DNA from: Alphaproteobacteria bacterium
GTDB taxonomy: Bacteria > Pseudomonadota > Alphaproteobacteria > UBA8366
Reading direction: 5' to 3'
Length of the DNA: 64,000 nucleotides
NCBI GenBank assembly: GCA_965228695.1
Contig: CBDDIB010000002.1
Span: forward strand, 3,417,089-3,481,088
Below are positions 36,917 through 46,625 of the stretch, piece by piece. The notes below the pieces were generated by a model. That model did not search any database. It was not told the origin of the DNA and saw only the letters and a program-made list of their open reading frames with translations. The first letter of the stretch is position 1; each line of letters opens with the position of its first letter. The position numbers were made by a program, and so were the translations under genes.

Positions 36917-38665
36917 CTAGTCGACTTCGAGGGCGCCTTTACCCGCAATCTTGCGGGCGATCACCACGGTGGCGACGCTCAGGAATGCGATCAGGACCGA
37001 GATCGCGGCGGCATGCTCGACCGCGCCGTCATCCAGGAATTGGAAGACCGCGACGGCCATCGTTTCCGTGCCCGGCTGCGCGAGCAGGATCGACATCGCC
37101 AGCTCCCGCAGCGAGATCGAGAAGATCAGAACCCAGGCGACCCAGATACCGGTTTTCATGAGCGGGATCGTGATGTCCCACACCATGCGCGCCCAGGAGG
37201 CGCCCGCGATGCGTGCGGCCTCTTCGAGTTCTTCCATGATCTGCTTGATCGCGTTGCGCAGGAAGATGAAGGCGAAGGGAATCTTCTTCGCCATGTAGGC
37301 CACGAAGAGGATCCACAACGTTCCGTAGATCCAGTTGATGTAGCCGATCAGGATGCCGACGCCCATGGCGACCGCCGGGAAACCGAAGGTGATCATGATG
37401 ATCACCGTGACCGACCCGCGGCCTACGATCTCCGTGCGTTCGACGATCCAGACATAGGCAATACCCAACAACACGCACAGCGTGGCCGTGCTGATCGAGA
37501 GGATGAAACTGTTCTCGATGGACTGAAGCACGATGAAGGAGTCATCGAAGAAGATTTCATAATTCTCCAATACCATGTTCTTGAACTCGATCGGCGCGCC
37601 GAAGGTGTTCAGCAGGGACAGAATGACAAGGCCCGCCATCGGCAACAGCACGCTGAACGTGATGATGATGAAACAGAAACCGAAGGCCGCCCAGCGCCAT
37701 GGCCCCAGATCCGTGGCCCGGGCCTGTCCGGCTTTGCCGGTCAGCGTCGTGTACCGCCCGCGTCCCAGCCACCATTTCTGCACGAAGAGGCAGGCGGCGG
37801 TGAAGAACACGATCGGCACCGCGACGGCCGCGGCGAGCTCGAACTTCGGCGGATGCAGGATAAGCGTATAGATTTTCGTCGTCAGGACATGGAAGCCGCC
37901 GGCGAAGCCAAGCGCGGCCGGCGCGCCAAACGACGCTAACGCGTCCAGGATGCAGAGGATGGCGCCCGACAGGACCGCCGGTGTGACCAGCGGCAGCGTA
38001 ATCGACATCGCCGTGCGGAGCCGGCCGGCACCCAGGTTTCGCGCCGCTTCCTCGTAGGACGGATCCATATTGTCCAGGGATGCGCTTACCGCGAACAGCA
38101 CCAGTGGATAGAAATGCATGACCAGAACGAAGGTCAGTCCTTCCATCGTGAAGATGTCGAGCGGAGGTGAATCAAGATTGAACCAGGAAACCAGCGTCTT
38201 ATTGATCAGCCCCGAGTTTGGCGCCATCAGGAAAATCCACCCGATGGTGCCGATGAAGGAGGGGATGACGAAGGCGATCCCGGCGAAGGCCCGGACGAAC
38301 AGCTTGCCGGGCATGTTCGTGCGCGACACCAGCCACGCCATGGGAAGGCCGAGCAGCAAACAACCCAGAGGAACCAATACACCCAGCAGGAGCGTGTTCA
38401 GCAATGCGCTGAACAGATCCTTGCGCTGCATAACCTCGATGTAGTTGGCCGCCGTCAGGCCGCCCTTCGGATCGACGATGCTGAATTGAAACAGCAGCCA
38501 AACGGGATAGACGACCAGGAGCGCGAGGATAATCACCGCCGTAATCAGCAGGGAGTATTTCATCGGCTCCCGGGCATAGCCGAGACGGAAATCCGCCCAA
38601 CCGCGCGAGAATTTAGTGCCTAAACCGCTGAGATATGAACCGGAATCTACCGTTGTTGTGGCCAT
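36917..38665 (-). CDS. ABC transporter permease, fused double-domain (FbpB/ThiP-type)
   Basis: Two tandem binding-protein-dependent transport permease domains. I chose the ATG at 38665, which overlaps the ATPase stop as TAATG. The track ORF (TTG) extends to 38680. Confidence 0.9.
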   Translation of the reverse strand: MATTTVDSGSYLSGLGTKFSRGWADFRLGYAREPMKYSLLITAVIILALLVVYPVWLLFQFSIVDPKGGLTAANYIEVMQRKDLFSALLNTLLLGVLVPLGCLLLGLPMAWLVSRTNMPGKLFVRAFAGIAFVIPSFIGTIGWIFLMAPNSGLINKTLVSWFNLDSPPLDIFTMEGLTFVLVMHFYPLVLFAVSASLDNMDPSYEEAARNLGAGRLRTAMSITLPLVTPAVLSGAILCILDALASFGAPAALGFAGGFHVLTTKIYTLILHPPKFELAAAVAVPIVFFTAACLFVQKWWLGRGRYTTLTGKAGQARATDLGPWRWAAFGFCFIIITFSVLLPMAGLVILSLLNTFGAPIEFKNMVLENYEIFFDDSFIVLQSIENSFILSISTATLCVLLGIAYVWIVERTEIVGRGSVTVIIMITFGFPAVAMGVGILIGYINWIYGTLWILFVAYMAKKIPFAFIFLRNAIKQIMEELEEAARIAGASWARMVWDITIPLMKTGIWVAWVLIFSISLRELAMSILLAQPGTETMAVAVFQFLDDGAVEHAAAISVLIAFLSVATVVIARKIAGKGALEVD

Positions 38666-39756
38666 TATGCGATCACCCAAGCCAGTTCTGGATTGATGTT
38701 CACATTCACTTCATCGCCGAAGTCCATCTGCGGCACCTGGCACCGGAATTCGCGGCCCTTGATGTCGAGGCGAAGGTCGAAGCGGTTGCCGAGGAAAGCG
38801 CTTGCCTTGACCCGGGCGTTGATCGGCGGATTGTCGTCTTCCGCCGCACCGTTCACACGAATTGCCTCGGGACGGACCGAGACCGAGATGCCTGCACCCT
38901 TCGATAGGCCCGCGACCACGTCTTTCGGGCCGCTCGCCCAAAAGGGTTCACCGTATTCCTGCGCGACGCGGACACGGCCGCCGGTCTGATCAGTATCCTC
39001 GACCTTTCCTTCGATGATGTTGTTGATGCCGACGAAATCGGCGACGAACTGGGTCGCGGGACGCAGATAAATGTCCGTCGGTGCCGCAACTTGCTCGATC
39101 TTGCCGTCGCTCATCACCACGATCCGGTCGGCCAGCACCAGGGCTTCTTCCTGATCGTGGGTTACGTACAGCGTTGTCATTTCGATGCGTTCTTGCAGTT
39201 CCTTCAACTCGAACCGCATTTCTTCGCGCAGCCCGGCATCGAGGTTCGAGAGAGGCTCGTCCAGCAGCAGCATGGACGGCTCGGCGACGATCGCGCGGGC
39301 GAGGGCGACGCGCTGTTGCTGACCGCCTGACAATTCGCCGGGGTAGCGATCCTGCAGGCCGGTGAGCTGAACGAGTTCCAGCGCCCGATAGACACGGTCG
39401 CTGATTTCCTGTTTCGGCCGCTTTTGGATCACCAATGCGTAGGCCACATTTTGAAACACCGTCCGGTGCGGCCAGACGGCGTAGTTCTGAAAGACCATGC
39501 CGAGATTGCGCTTCTCGGGCGGCAGCATATTCGTATCGGTGGCGATGACGGTTCCGTCGAGCAGGATTTCGCCGCCATCCGGCTGGATAAAGCCGGCGAC
39601 CGACCGCAAGGTCGTCGTCTTGCCGCACCCGCTGGGCCCCAGCAGGACGACGCTCTCGCCCGTGGCGATCGTAAGATCGATGCCATCCACCGCGCGGACG
39701 TCGCCGAAATATTTGGCTAGTTTCCGGAGTTCAAGTTTGGAGCTGCCGTCCACCAT
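38665..39756 (-). CDS. ABC transporter ATP-binding protein (PotA/FbpC-type)
   Basis: Walker A GPSGCGKTT, signature LSGGQQQRVALARA, Walker B LLLDEP, and a C-terminal TOBE-like domain. Confidence 0.95.
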   Translation of the reverse strand: MVDGSSKLELRKLAKYFGDVRAVDGIDLTIATGESVVLLGPSGCGKTTTLRSVAGFIQPDGGEILLDGTVIATDTNMLPPEKRNLGMVFQNYAVWPHRTVFQNVAYALVIQKRPKQEISDRVYRALELVQLTGLQDRYPGELSGGQQQRVALARAIVAEPSMLLLDEPLSNLDAGLREEMRFELKELQERIEMTTLYVTHDQEEALVLADRIVVMSDGKIEQVAAPTDIYLRPATQFVADFVGINNIIEGKVEDTDQTGGRVRVAQEYGEPFWASGPKDVVAGLSKGAGISVSVRPEAIRVNGAAEDDNPPINARVKASAFLGNRFDLRLDIKGREFRCQVPQMDFGDEVNVNINPELAWVIA

Positions 39757-39944
39757 GTTGTCGAACCTCCCGACCTATAAATTTCTCGGTCCCCGCCAAC
39801 GGCTTTTGCTGCCGATTTTGCGACCCGATCATGCGCTGCCGCGCGTGTCATTCTTCGAAACGATGAAATAACGTCGAACTGCCCGGCATGCCTCCTGCCC
39901 GCGGAACGGGCAGGAGGGTAGCCGGTCAGAACAAACAGCCTATG

Positions 39945-41003
39945 TCAGCCGCGCTTGCCCATCAGATCGCCGAACTTGTCGAGGAACTCCTTCTGTCCCT
40001 TGATCATGAACTTCAAGTCCGGAATGACCATGTTGAACTTGTCCAGCGGCGGCATGCCTTTGGGCGATTCCGCGCCTTTCACGACGCCCCACTGACGTCC
40101 CCAACGGGCCAACTGGTTTTGACCTTCGACGGAGAAGGTCCACTCCATCAGAAGCTTCGCCGCGTTCGGATTCTTGGCGGACTTCAAGATGCCCATCGGG
40201 GAGTGATTCACGATGGCGCCGTCTTCATACGCATACCATTTGATCGCCTGTCCCTTGTCCATCGCAACCACGATGTTATGGGAGGAGATGGCGACCGCGA
40301 GCGGACGCTCACCGGCGACGATCATACGGGCGGCGGCGCTGTTGCCGCGCGTGTAGAACAAATCTTGTTTGCCGAGCTCTTTCAGGAAATCCCAACCGCC
40401 GGCAAGATTGTTGTGCACCATCGTGGCGTAGAAGGTGCGCGACGACCCGGCAGTTTCAGGATGCGCCGAGAGAAGCTTCTTGTTCCATTTCGGATCGAGC
40501 AGATCCTTGAACTTCGTCGGCAGCACCGACGTGTCCTTGATCAGATTGGTATTGTACGCGCCAAGCAGCAGGAAGACCGTCCGGGAAATGTAATGCCCGT
40601 CCGGATCCCGCAGGCCCGGATCGATCCTGTCGAAGGTCGCCGGCTTGTACGGCGCATAGAGGCCTTTCTCAAGCCAGATCTCTGCCATGTAGGGAACCGA
40701 GACACTGATCACGTCGGGCCGTGGTTTGCCGGCCGCCAATTCGGCGGCGAATGTCTGGATCAACTTGCCGGAGTTCTTACGAAGGATTTTGAGTTTTACC
40801 TCAGGAAATTTCTCCTTCCAGAACTTGCTGAATTTCTTGTTATAGGCTTTCCGGCCGGTCGTATAGAATATTATCTCGCCTTCTTTCTTGGCCGCTTCGT
40901 AGAGCTTGGCGATGCGATCACTGTCCGCGCTCGCCGTGCCGGGTAGTGCGATCACGGCCGCAACGGCTGCCGCCATTGCCGTTCGTAGAAATGTGCGGTT
41001 CAT
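39945..41003 (-). CDS. ABC transporter periplasmic substrate-binding protein (Fe3+-type, family 1)
   Basis: 352 aa from the ATG at 41003, behind GGGAGGA. Signal peptide ending in ASA. First gene of the SBP-ATPase-permease operon. Confidence 0.85.
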   Translation of the reverse strand: MNRTFLRTAMAAAVAAVIALPGTASADSDRIAKLYEAAKKEGEIIFYTTGRKAYNKKFSKFWKEKFPEVKLKILRKNSGKLIQTFAAELAAGKPRPDVISVSVPYMAEIWLEKGLYAPYKPATFDRIDPGLRDPDGHYISRTVFLLLGAYNTNLIKDTSVLPTKFKDLLDPKWNKKLLSAHPETAGSSRTFYATMVHNNLAGGWDFLKELGKQDLFYTRGNSAAARMIVAGERPLAVAISSHNIVVAMDKGQAIKWYAYEDGAIVNHSPMGILKSAKNPNAAKLLMEWTFSVEGQNQLARWGRQWGVVKGAESPKGMPPLDKFNMVIPDLKFMIKGQKEFLDKFGDLMGKRG

Positions 41004-41449
41004 CGTGTTCCTCCCACGGTGTGAACTTTTGTTCCCATCCGACCGGGCGATGTTTTCTTTTTTAGATGGCAACCGCCATCAGCCCGGTAGGCGTGATTAT
41101 TCGCCCATGTTCGCTGCAGCCGGATGCGTAGGAATTGATTGATTGGCCGCGGTGCGTCGTGGACCTGCATTATTCGATCATACTTTATTGAATTGTGACA
41201 AGCGGCGGATCGCTTTTATTAAATATCAAAGGCTTATAATGAATTGCCTGTTCAACCATTATTTGAAGGGGCGCATTTTTGACGCGTATGGGATGCGGGC
41301 AGAGCGTCCACGGACGGTTGGATGGGATGATCGGCGAGCGTGCGGCCGGATGCATCCTTAACTTTCCTTAACGGTATCTCCACCATTGCATGGAATAAAC
41401 GTAGGACCGGCAAAGCAAACGTTTGCATCACTTTTTCTAACGGCAAAGC

Positions 41450-42199
41450 ATGTGGGCCGAGATTGACCCTATAGCCGCCACCGCCATCGGGTTGTTGGGG
41501 GGCGTCCTGATGGCCGCGGCCGTGTATGTGGCGGCGGTGCATTGGAAGCGGCGTTCCGGTTTGGCATATTGCTTGCCGGCGTTCCTGATTTATGTGCTGC
41601 TGTTCGTCGCCACATATCGCCACAGTGTCGTGAACGCGGACACGGGAACTCACGAAATTTCTGAGTATGCGGTAACCGCGCTGCTTTTGGGACAGGCCGC
41701 GGTTTCGGCGTTTGGGGTCGCCGTCGCGGTGATTGCCGTCTTCGGGCTTTACCTTTCGATGTTGCCGCGGCTCGACCGACCGGTAAACCGGGTCCGGGCT
41801 TACGGTAGTTGTGCGATCGTCTGCATGGTCATCGCCGTGCTGTTCAATCCCAACGGGGCGGTGCGCAAGTTGGAAGCGCCGGCTGCCGCCGCCATCGTTG
41901 CCATCGACCCGAACACGGTCGACGGCGCGATGCGGAGAAAAGCGGAAAATACTCTTCAGAAGTTGCGTGAACTCGGCGTCATAATCCGGATCGAAACCGA
42001 CGAATCGGCGATCACGCATTACGTCAGCGAGCATTTCATCGCGCTACCCGACGATGACGTCGAGGAATACGCGCGGGCTGCCTTCGTGCACCACATCCAA
42101 AATGATTCCGGCAGCGCGAAATCGGTCATACTGCGGGAGTCCAAAAGCGGACGGCGCATCGCGATACGCGATAAAGACGGAACTTTCCAGCGGTTCTAA
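41450..42199 (+). CDS. Hypothetical membrane protein (4 TM plus a soluble C-terminal domain)
   Basis: 249 aa with four predicted TM helices, then about 100 aa of charged sequence. I do not recognise a family. Confidence 0.6.
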   Translation: MWAEIDPIAATAIGLLGGVLMAAAVYVAAVHWKRRSGLAYCLPAFLIYVLLFVATYRHSVVNADTGTHEISEYAVTALLLGQAAVSAFGVAVAVIAVFGLYLSMLPRLDRPVNRVRAYGSCAIVCMVIAVLFNPNGAVRKLEAPAAAAIVAIDPNTVDGAMRRKAENTLQKLRELGVIIRIETDESAITHYVSEHFIALPDDDVEEYARAAFVHHIQNDSGSAKSVILRESKSGRRIAIRDKDGTFQRF

Positions 42200-42214
42200 G
42201 GGCGAACGGTGGAC

Positions 42215-42991
42215 CTAGCCGCCGGTCAGCATGCCGCCCTCGACCAGCAACTCGGTGCCGGAGACATGCCGGCTCTCGTCCGAAGCCAGGAACAGCGTGG
42301 CATAGGCAATATCCTCGACGGTCCCCAACTCGCCCATCGGCACGGCCTTTAGGCGTTCTGCCGCACCCGCTTCTTCGTCACCCCAACGCAGTTTCAACAC
42401 ATCGTTGCCGAGCGGCGTCCGCACCATGCCGGGGTGAATCGAGTTGCACCGGATCCTGTAGCCCTTGCGCCCGCAATGCTGGGCAACCGATTTCGTAAGC
42501 TGGCGTACCGCACCCTTGCTGGCGCCGTAGGCGACGAGAGGCGCCGTGCCGCGAATTCCCGCCGTGGATGAGATGTTGATGATCGAGCCGCCGCCGCTTT
42601 TGGCCATGGCGGGGATCGCCGCCCGGCATCCCAGGAACACGCCGTCCAGGTTGATGCCGTTGACGAAGCGCCATTCGTCCAGGCTGATTGTCTCGATATC
42701 CTGCGGCGCGCCGGTGCCATAGACGCCGGCATTGTTCATCAGGATGTCGATCTTACCGTAACGTTCCATGGTGTCATTTACGACCCGCTCCCAGTCCCCG
42801 GGCTTGGTTACATCCAATTCAACAAAATTCGCGGCCGCACCGATTTCTTCGGCAACGCGGGCACCGTCCTTGACATTTTTGTCGGTTACCACGACGCTCG
42901 CGCCTTCATCGGCGAGTAACTGCGCGGTCGCTGCGCCAAACCCGGACGCGCCGCCCGTGATGATCGCTACTTTGCCGTCGACCCGGCCCAT
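42215..42991 (-). CDS. SDR-family oxidoreductase (hydroxysteroid/glucose dehydrogenase-like)
   Basis: TGGASGFG, NNAG and YGASKGA motifs. Confidence 0.9.
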   Translation of the reverse strand: MGRVDGKVAIITGGASGFGAATAQLLADEGASVVVTDKNVKDGARVAEEIGAAANFVELDVTKPGDWERVVNDTMERYGKIDILMNNAGVYGTGAPQDIETISLDEWRFVNGINLDGVFLGCRAAIPAMAKSGGGSIINISSTAGIRGTAPLVAYGASKGAVRQLTKSVAQHCGRKGYRIRCNSIHPGMVRTPLGNDVLKLRWGDEEAGAAERLKAVPMGELGTVEDIAYATLFLASDESRHVSGTELLVEGGMLTGG

Positions 42992-43110
42992 TCTGAAGTC
43001 TCCCTGCGCGTTTTACGGTTACAATCAGGCCATTGTAGCCGGGCAGGCGATGCGAATGGCAAATTTCCGGTCCGACGGCGACGAATGGGCGCACCAAGAT
43101 AGAGGACAGA

Positions 43111-44079
43111 ATGGAATACACGACACTCGGAAAGACCGGTTTGAAAGTCAGCGTCGCGGGACTGGGCTGCGGCGGCAACAGCCGCTTGGGGCTGGGCACG
43201 GGACGCAGCGAAGAAGAAGCCATCGCCATCATTCGAGGAGCGGTCGATCTCGGCGTCAATATTCTGGACACGGCGGCCAACTACAAGACCGAGGACGTCG
43301 TCGGTAAAGCAATCAAGCCGCTGGATCGGGATTCGATCGTCATCGCGACGAAATCCAGGTTCCAGACCAACGGTGTCTTTTTAACGCCCGAGCAAGTCAT
43401 CAGCAGCCTGGATAATTCGCTGCGGGAGCTCGACACGGACTACATCGACGTATTTCAGCTTCATGCGGTTCCGCCCAAGGGCTACGACCACGCGCTGGAG
43501 GTGCTGGCGCCCGCGCTGGAGCGGGAGCGGGAAAAAGGCAAGATCCGTTTTATCGGCCTGACCGAGACGTCGCCGAACGATCACGGTCACGAGATGCTGC
43601 AACGCGCGGTGCATGACCGGGTCTGGGAAGTGATGATGCTCGGTTTCAACATGATGCATCAAAAGGCACGGCAGAAAGTCTTCCCGCATGCGATCGAGAA
43701 TAACGTCGGCACGCTGCTGATGTTCGTCGTGCGCAATATCTTCAGCCAGGAAGGGTATCTGGCCAATACGATGCGCGAACTGGCGGCCGAAGGGAAAGTT
43801 CCCGCCGAGTTGGCGAAAAGCGACAATCCGCTCGATTTCCTGATCCATGACGGTGGCGCCACGAGCTTGACCGACGCCGCCTACCGGTTCGTACGGCACC
43901 AACCCGGCGTTAACGTGGTCTTGTTCGGCACCGGCAGTCAGGAACACCTGCGGACGAATATCGAGTCCATCATCTCACCGCCATTGCCGGAAGCCGACGT
44001 GACGAAGCTCCACAGTTTGTTCGGCCACCTGGAAGGCGTTGGTCTCGACCTGCCCGACCGGAGCCAGAAGAAGAGCTAA
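43111..44079 (+). CDS. Aldo/keto reductase
   Basis: MEYTTLGKTGLKVSVAGLGCGG...DTAANY pattern with the AKR fold throughout. Confidence 0.9.
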   Translation: MEYTTLGKTGLKVSVAGLGCGGNSRLGLGTGRSEEEAIAIIRGAVDLGVNILDTAANYKTEDVVGKAIKPLDRDSIVIATKSRFQTNGVFLTPEQVISSLDNSLRELDTDYIDVFQLHAVPPKGYDHALEVLAPALEREREKGKIRFIGLTETSPNDHGHEMLQRAVHDRVWEVMMLGFNMMHQKARQKVFPHAIENNVGTLLMFVVRNIFSQEGYLANTMRELAAEGKVPAELAKSDNPLDFLIHDGGATSLTDAAYRFVRHQPGVNVVLFGTGSQEHLRTNIESIISPPLPEADVTKLHSLFGHLEGVGLDLPDRSQKKS

Positions 44080-44281
44080 AGCTTAATCGGACGAAAACGT
44101 TCGCGGTGGCAGGCCGAAGAGGCAAGTTTGCCGGCTCGGGCCTTACCGTTTCCAAATTAATCCTTGAAAACGTTCGCAAACTGCTTTGCCCATTTTTTCG
44201 GTGCTGATAGCGGAACTTTAGCGCGTTGGTTGCGTTATTGTGTGATTGTGCAATCTATAAGAAGAGATAAGAGTAGAATTC

Positions 44282-45373
44282 ATGCGCGCCGCGCCTTTAT
44301 CCGCTTTCCTGACTTTGTTTGTCGTAGCCATCATCCCTTTCCCGGTCACCGCCAACGACGACAGGCCCTATCCTAGGGTGGACGCGAGCATCTCGATCGA
44401 GGTGCAAAACGACAACACCTACACATCGCAGGACGATGCCGCCGAATTGAACGATTTGTACACGACGACCGAGCCGGAAATAACCTTCAATTTCAACCGG
44501 TATCTGTCGCTGTTGATTCATGGCGTCTTGGAGCCGGTGGAGGATCCGGGACCGCGGGAAGACCGGTATTTCGAGGATCACGGATTCTATCTCGAAGAGA
44601 TCGTCCTGCAGTATGACGCGGATTGGGTTTTCGGCTTCGGCGGAAAATTCGCGCCGAACTTCGGCCTCGCCTGGGACACGGCGCCCGGCGTCTACGGCAG
44701 CGATTTCGCTGAAGACTATGAATTCTCTGAAAATATCGGTTTCGGCGGCGGCTTGGTCTATGCATCCGAAGCCGTCGGCGCGCACACCGTTGCGGCCAGC
44801 ACCTTTTTCCAGGATTACAGCATTCTGAGCGATTCCGCGATCACCAGACGGGGACAAACCCGTGTGAGCGACGGCGGTGTCGGCAACACCGGCGACTTTT
44901 CCTCCTTCGCGGTCTCGCTCGACGGCGCGGAAATGCCATTTGCACCAGGCTTCGCCTATCACACGGCCTTCATTCTGCGCGGTAAGGGCAGGGGTGATGC
45001 CGAGGACGAAAAGGGTGTGGTGGTTTCCGGCAGCTATACCGTCGAAATGCAGGGCTTCACCGTGACTCCGCTGGTCGAATACGCGCATTTCTTCGATGCC
45101 GATGGGGTGAACGACCAGGAGCGCGGGTTCCTCACCACCGCTGTGAGTGTGGAGTGGCAAAACTGGAACCTGGCGCTGTCGCGCACCAGCCGGGACACCG
45201 ACCGCCCGAACGCCGGCGATATCGATGATGCCCTGTATCAGGTTTCCGCCGGATACAGCTTCGATTTCGGCCTGTCAGCCGACTTGGGCTGGAAGATTGC
45301 CGAAGAGGGCGGCGTGGAGTCGCAGACCATCGGCGTTCTTCTCACCTATGCGCGTGGTTTCAGCGCACCGTGA
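44282..45373 (+). CDS. Putative outer-membrane beta-barrel protein
   Basis: Signal peptide, alternating amphipathic beta-strand pattern rich in aromatic and Gly residues, and an aromatic residue near the C-terminus (...YARGFSAP). Family unknown. Confidence 0.6.
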   Translation: MRAAPLSAFLTLFVVAIIPFPVTANDDRPYPRVDASISIEVQNDNTYTSQDDAAELNDLYTTTEPEITFNFNRYLSLLIHGVLEPVEDPGPREDRYFEDHGFYLEEIVLQYDADWVFGFGGKFAPNFGLAWDTAPGVYGSDFAEDYEFSENIGFGGGLVYASEAVGAHTVAASTFFQDYSILSDSAITRRGQTRVSDGGVGNTGDFSSFAVSLDGAEMPFAPGFAYHTAFILRGKGRGDAEDEKGVVVSGSYTVEMQGFTVTPLVEYAHFFDADGVNDQERGFLTTAVSVEWQNWNLALSRTSRDTDRPNAGDIDDALYQVSAGYSFDFGLSADLGWKIAEEGGVESQTIGVLLTYARGFSAP

Positions 45374-45397
45374 AGACGTAGCAAGGTTCTTTTCGAC

Positions 45398-46543
45398 TTA
45401 TTTCAACAGGTCCCGGCCGATGATCTCGCGCATGATCTCGCTGGTGCCACCGGCGATCCGGCTCATCCGCGCATCGGCCCAGGCGCGGGCGATGGGATAT
45501 TCCCACATATAACCGTAGCCGCCGTGTAGTTGGACGCAGGTATCCAGCGCCTGACACAGCCGTTCGGTTGCGTAGAGCTTGGCCATGGCCGCATCCTCGG
45601 CGGTCAATTCGCCGTTAAGATGAAGCTCGATGCATCTGTCGATGAAGATGCGCGCCGCGGCCGCCTCGGTCTTCACGTCGGCGAGCTGAAAGCGGCTGTT
45701 TTGGAAAGCGGCCAACGGCCGGCCGAAGGCCTGGCGCTCCTGCGTGTAGTCCACTGTCCACTCGAGCGCGGCCTCGATCATGGTGACGCAGCGGATGGCA
45801 ACCAGCAGCCGTTCCTGCGGCAGTTGCTGCATCAGTTGGATGAATCCTTCGCCCTCTGCCGTACCCAGCAAGTTGGTCATCGGCACGCGCACGTCGTTGA
45901 AGAACAGTTCGGATGTGTCCTGGGCCTTATAGCCGACCTTTTCGAGGTTGCGGCCCCGTTCGAATCCGTCGCACTCGCGTTCGACCAAGATCAGGCTGAT
46001 GCCTTTCGCCTTCTCGTCCGGATCGGTTTTCGCAACCACGATGACAAGGTCGGCCAGTTGTCCGTTGCTGATAAAGGTTTTTTGCCCGTTCAGGACATAG
46101 TGGTTGCCGTCGCGTATTGCGCGGGTGCGGATGCCCTGCAGGTCCGATCCCGCGCCGGGCTCTGTCATGGCGATGGCGCCGATCGTCTCGCCCCGGACCA
46201 TCTTGGGCAGCCAGGTCTGTTTCTGATCTTCGGTGCCGTAATGCCGGATATAGGGGGCGACGATGTCCGAATGCAGATAGAACGCCGGGCCGGACGTGCC
46301 GGCGCGCGCCAGCTCCTCGACGACGATGGCGCTGAACAGAAAATCCGCCTCGGGCCCGCCATATGCCTCGGGAACGGTACAGCCGAGCAAGCCCGCAGCG
46401 CCTGCCTTTTGCCATACCTCGCGGCTGACCACGCCGTCGCGCTCCCACTGATCGTGATGCGGGGCGACTTCGGCTTCGATGAAGCCGCGCACGGTTTCGC
46501 GAAACAGTTCGTGCTCGCCCGAATACAAGGTCCGTGGGATCAT
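45398..46543 (-). CDS. Acyl-CoA dehydrogenase
   Basis: 381 aa from the ATG at 46543, behind GGAAGG. Classic ACAD pattern (AMTEPGAGSD, TFISNG, catalytic-base region GGTSEIMREIIGR). Confidence 0.95.
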   Translation of the reverse strand: MIPRTLYSGEHELFRETVRGFIEAEVAPHHDQWERDGVVSREVWQKAGAAGLLGCTVPEAYGGPEADFLFSAIVVEELARAGTSGPAFYLHSDIVAPYIRHYGTEDQKQTWLPKMVRGETIGAIAMTEPGAGSDLQGIRTRAIRDGNHYVLNGQKTFISNGQLADLVIVVAKTDPDEKAKGISLILVERECDGFERGRNLEKVGYKAQDTSELFFNDVRVPMTNLLGTAEGEGFIQLMQQLPQERLLVAIRCVTMIEAALEWTVDYTQERQAFGRPLAAFQNSRFQLADVKTEAAAARIFIDRCIELHLNGELTAEDAAMAKLYATERLCQALDTCVQLHGGYGYMWEYPIARAWADARMSRIAGGTSEIMREIIGRDLLK

Positions 46544-46625
46544 ATGCGGCCTTCCTAGGGGTTGAATATTTCCAATCGTACCGTCGGCGTATAGGTTAGG
46601 GAAAAGATGCAACAAGACCAACCGG

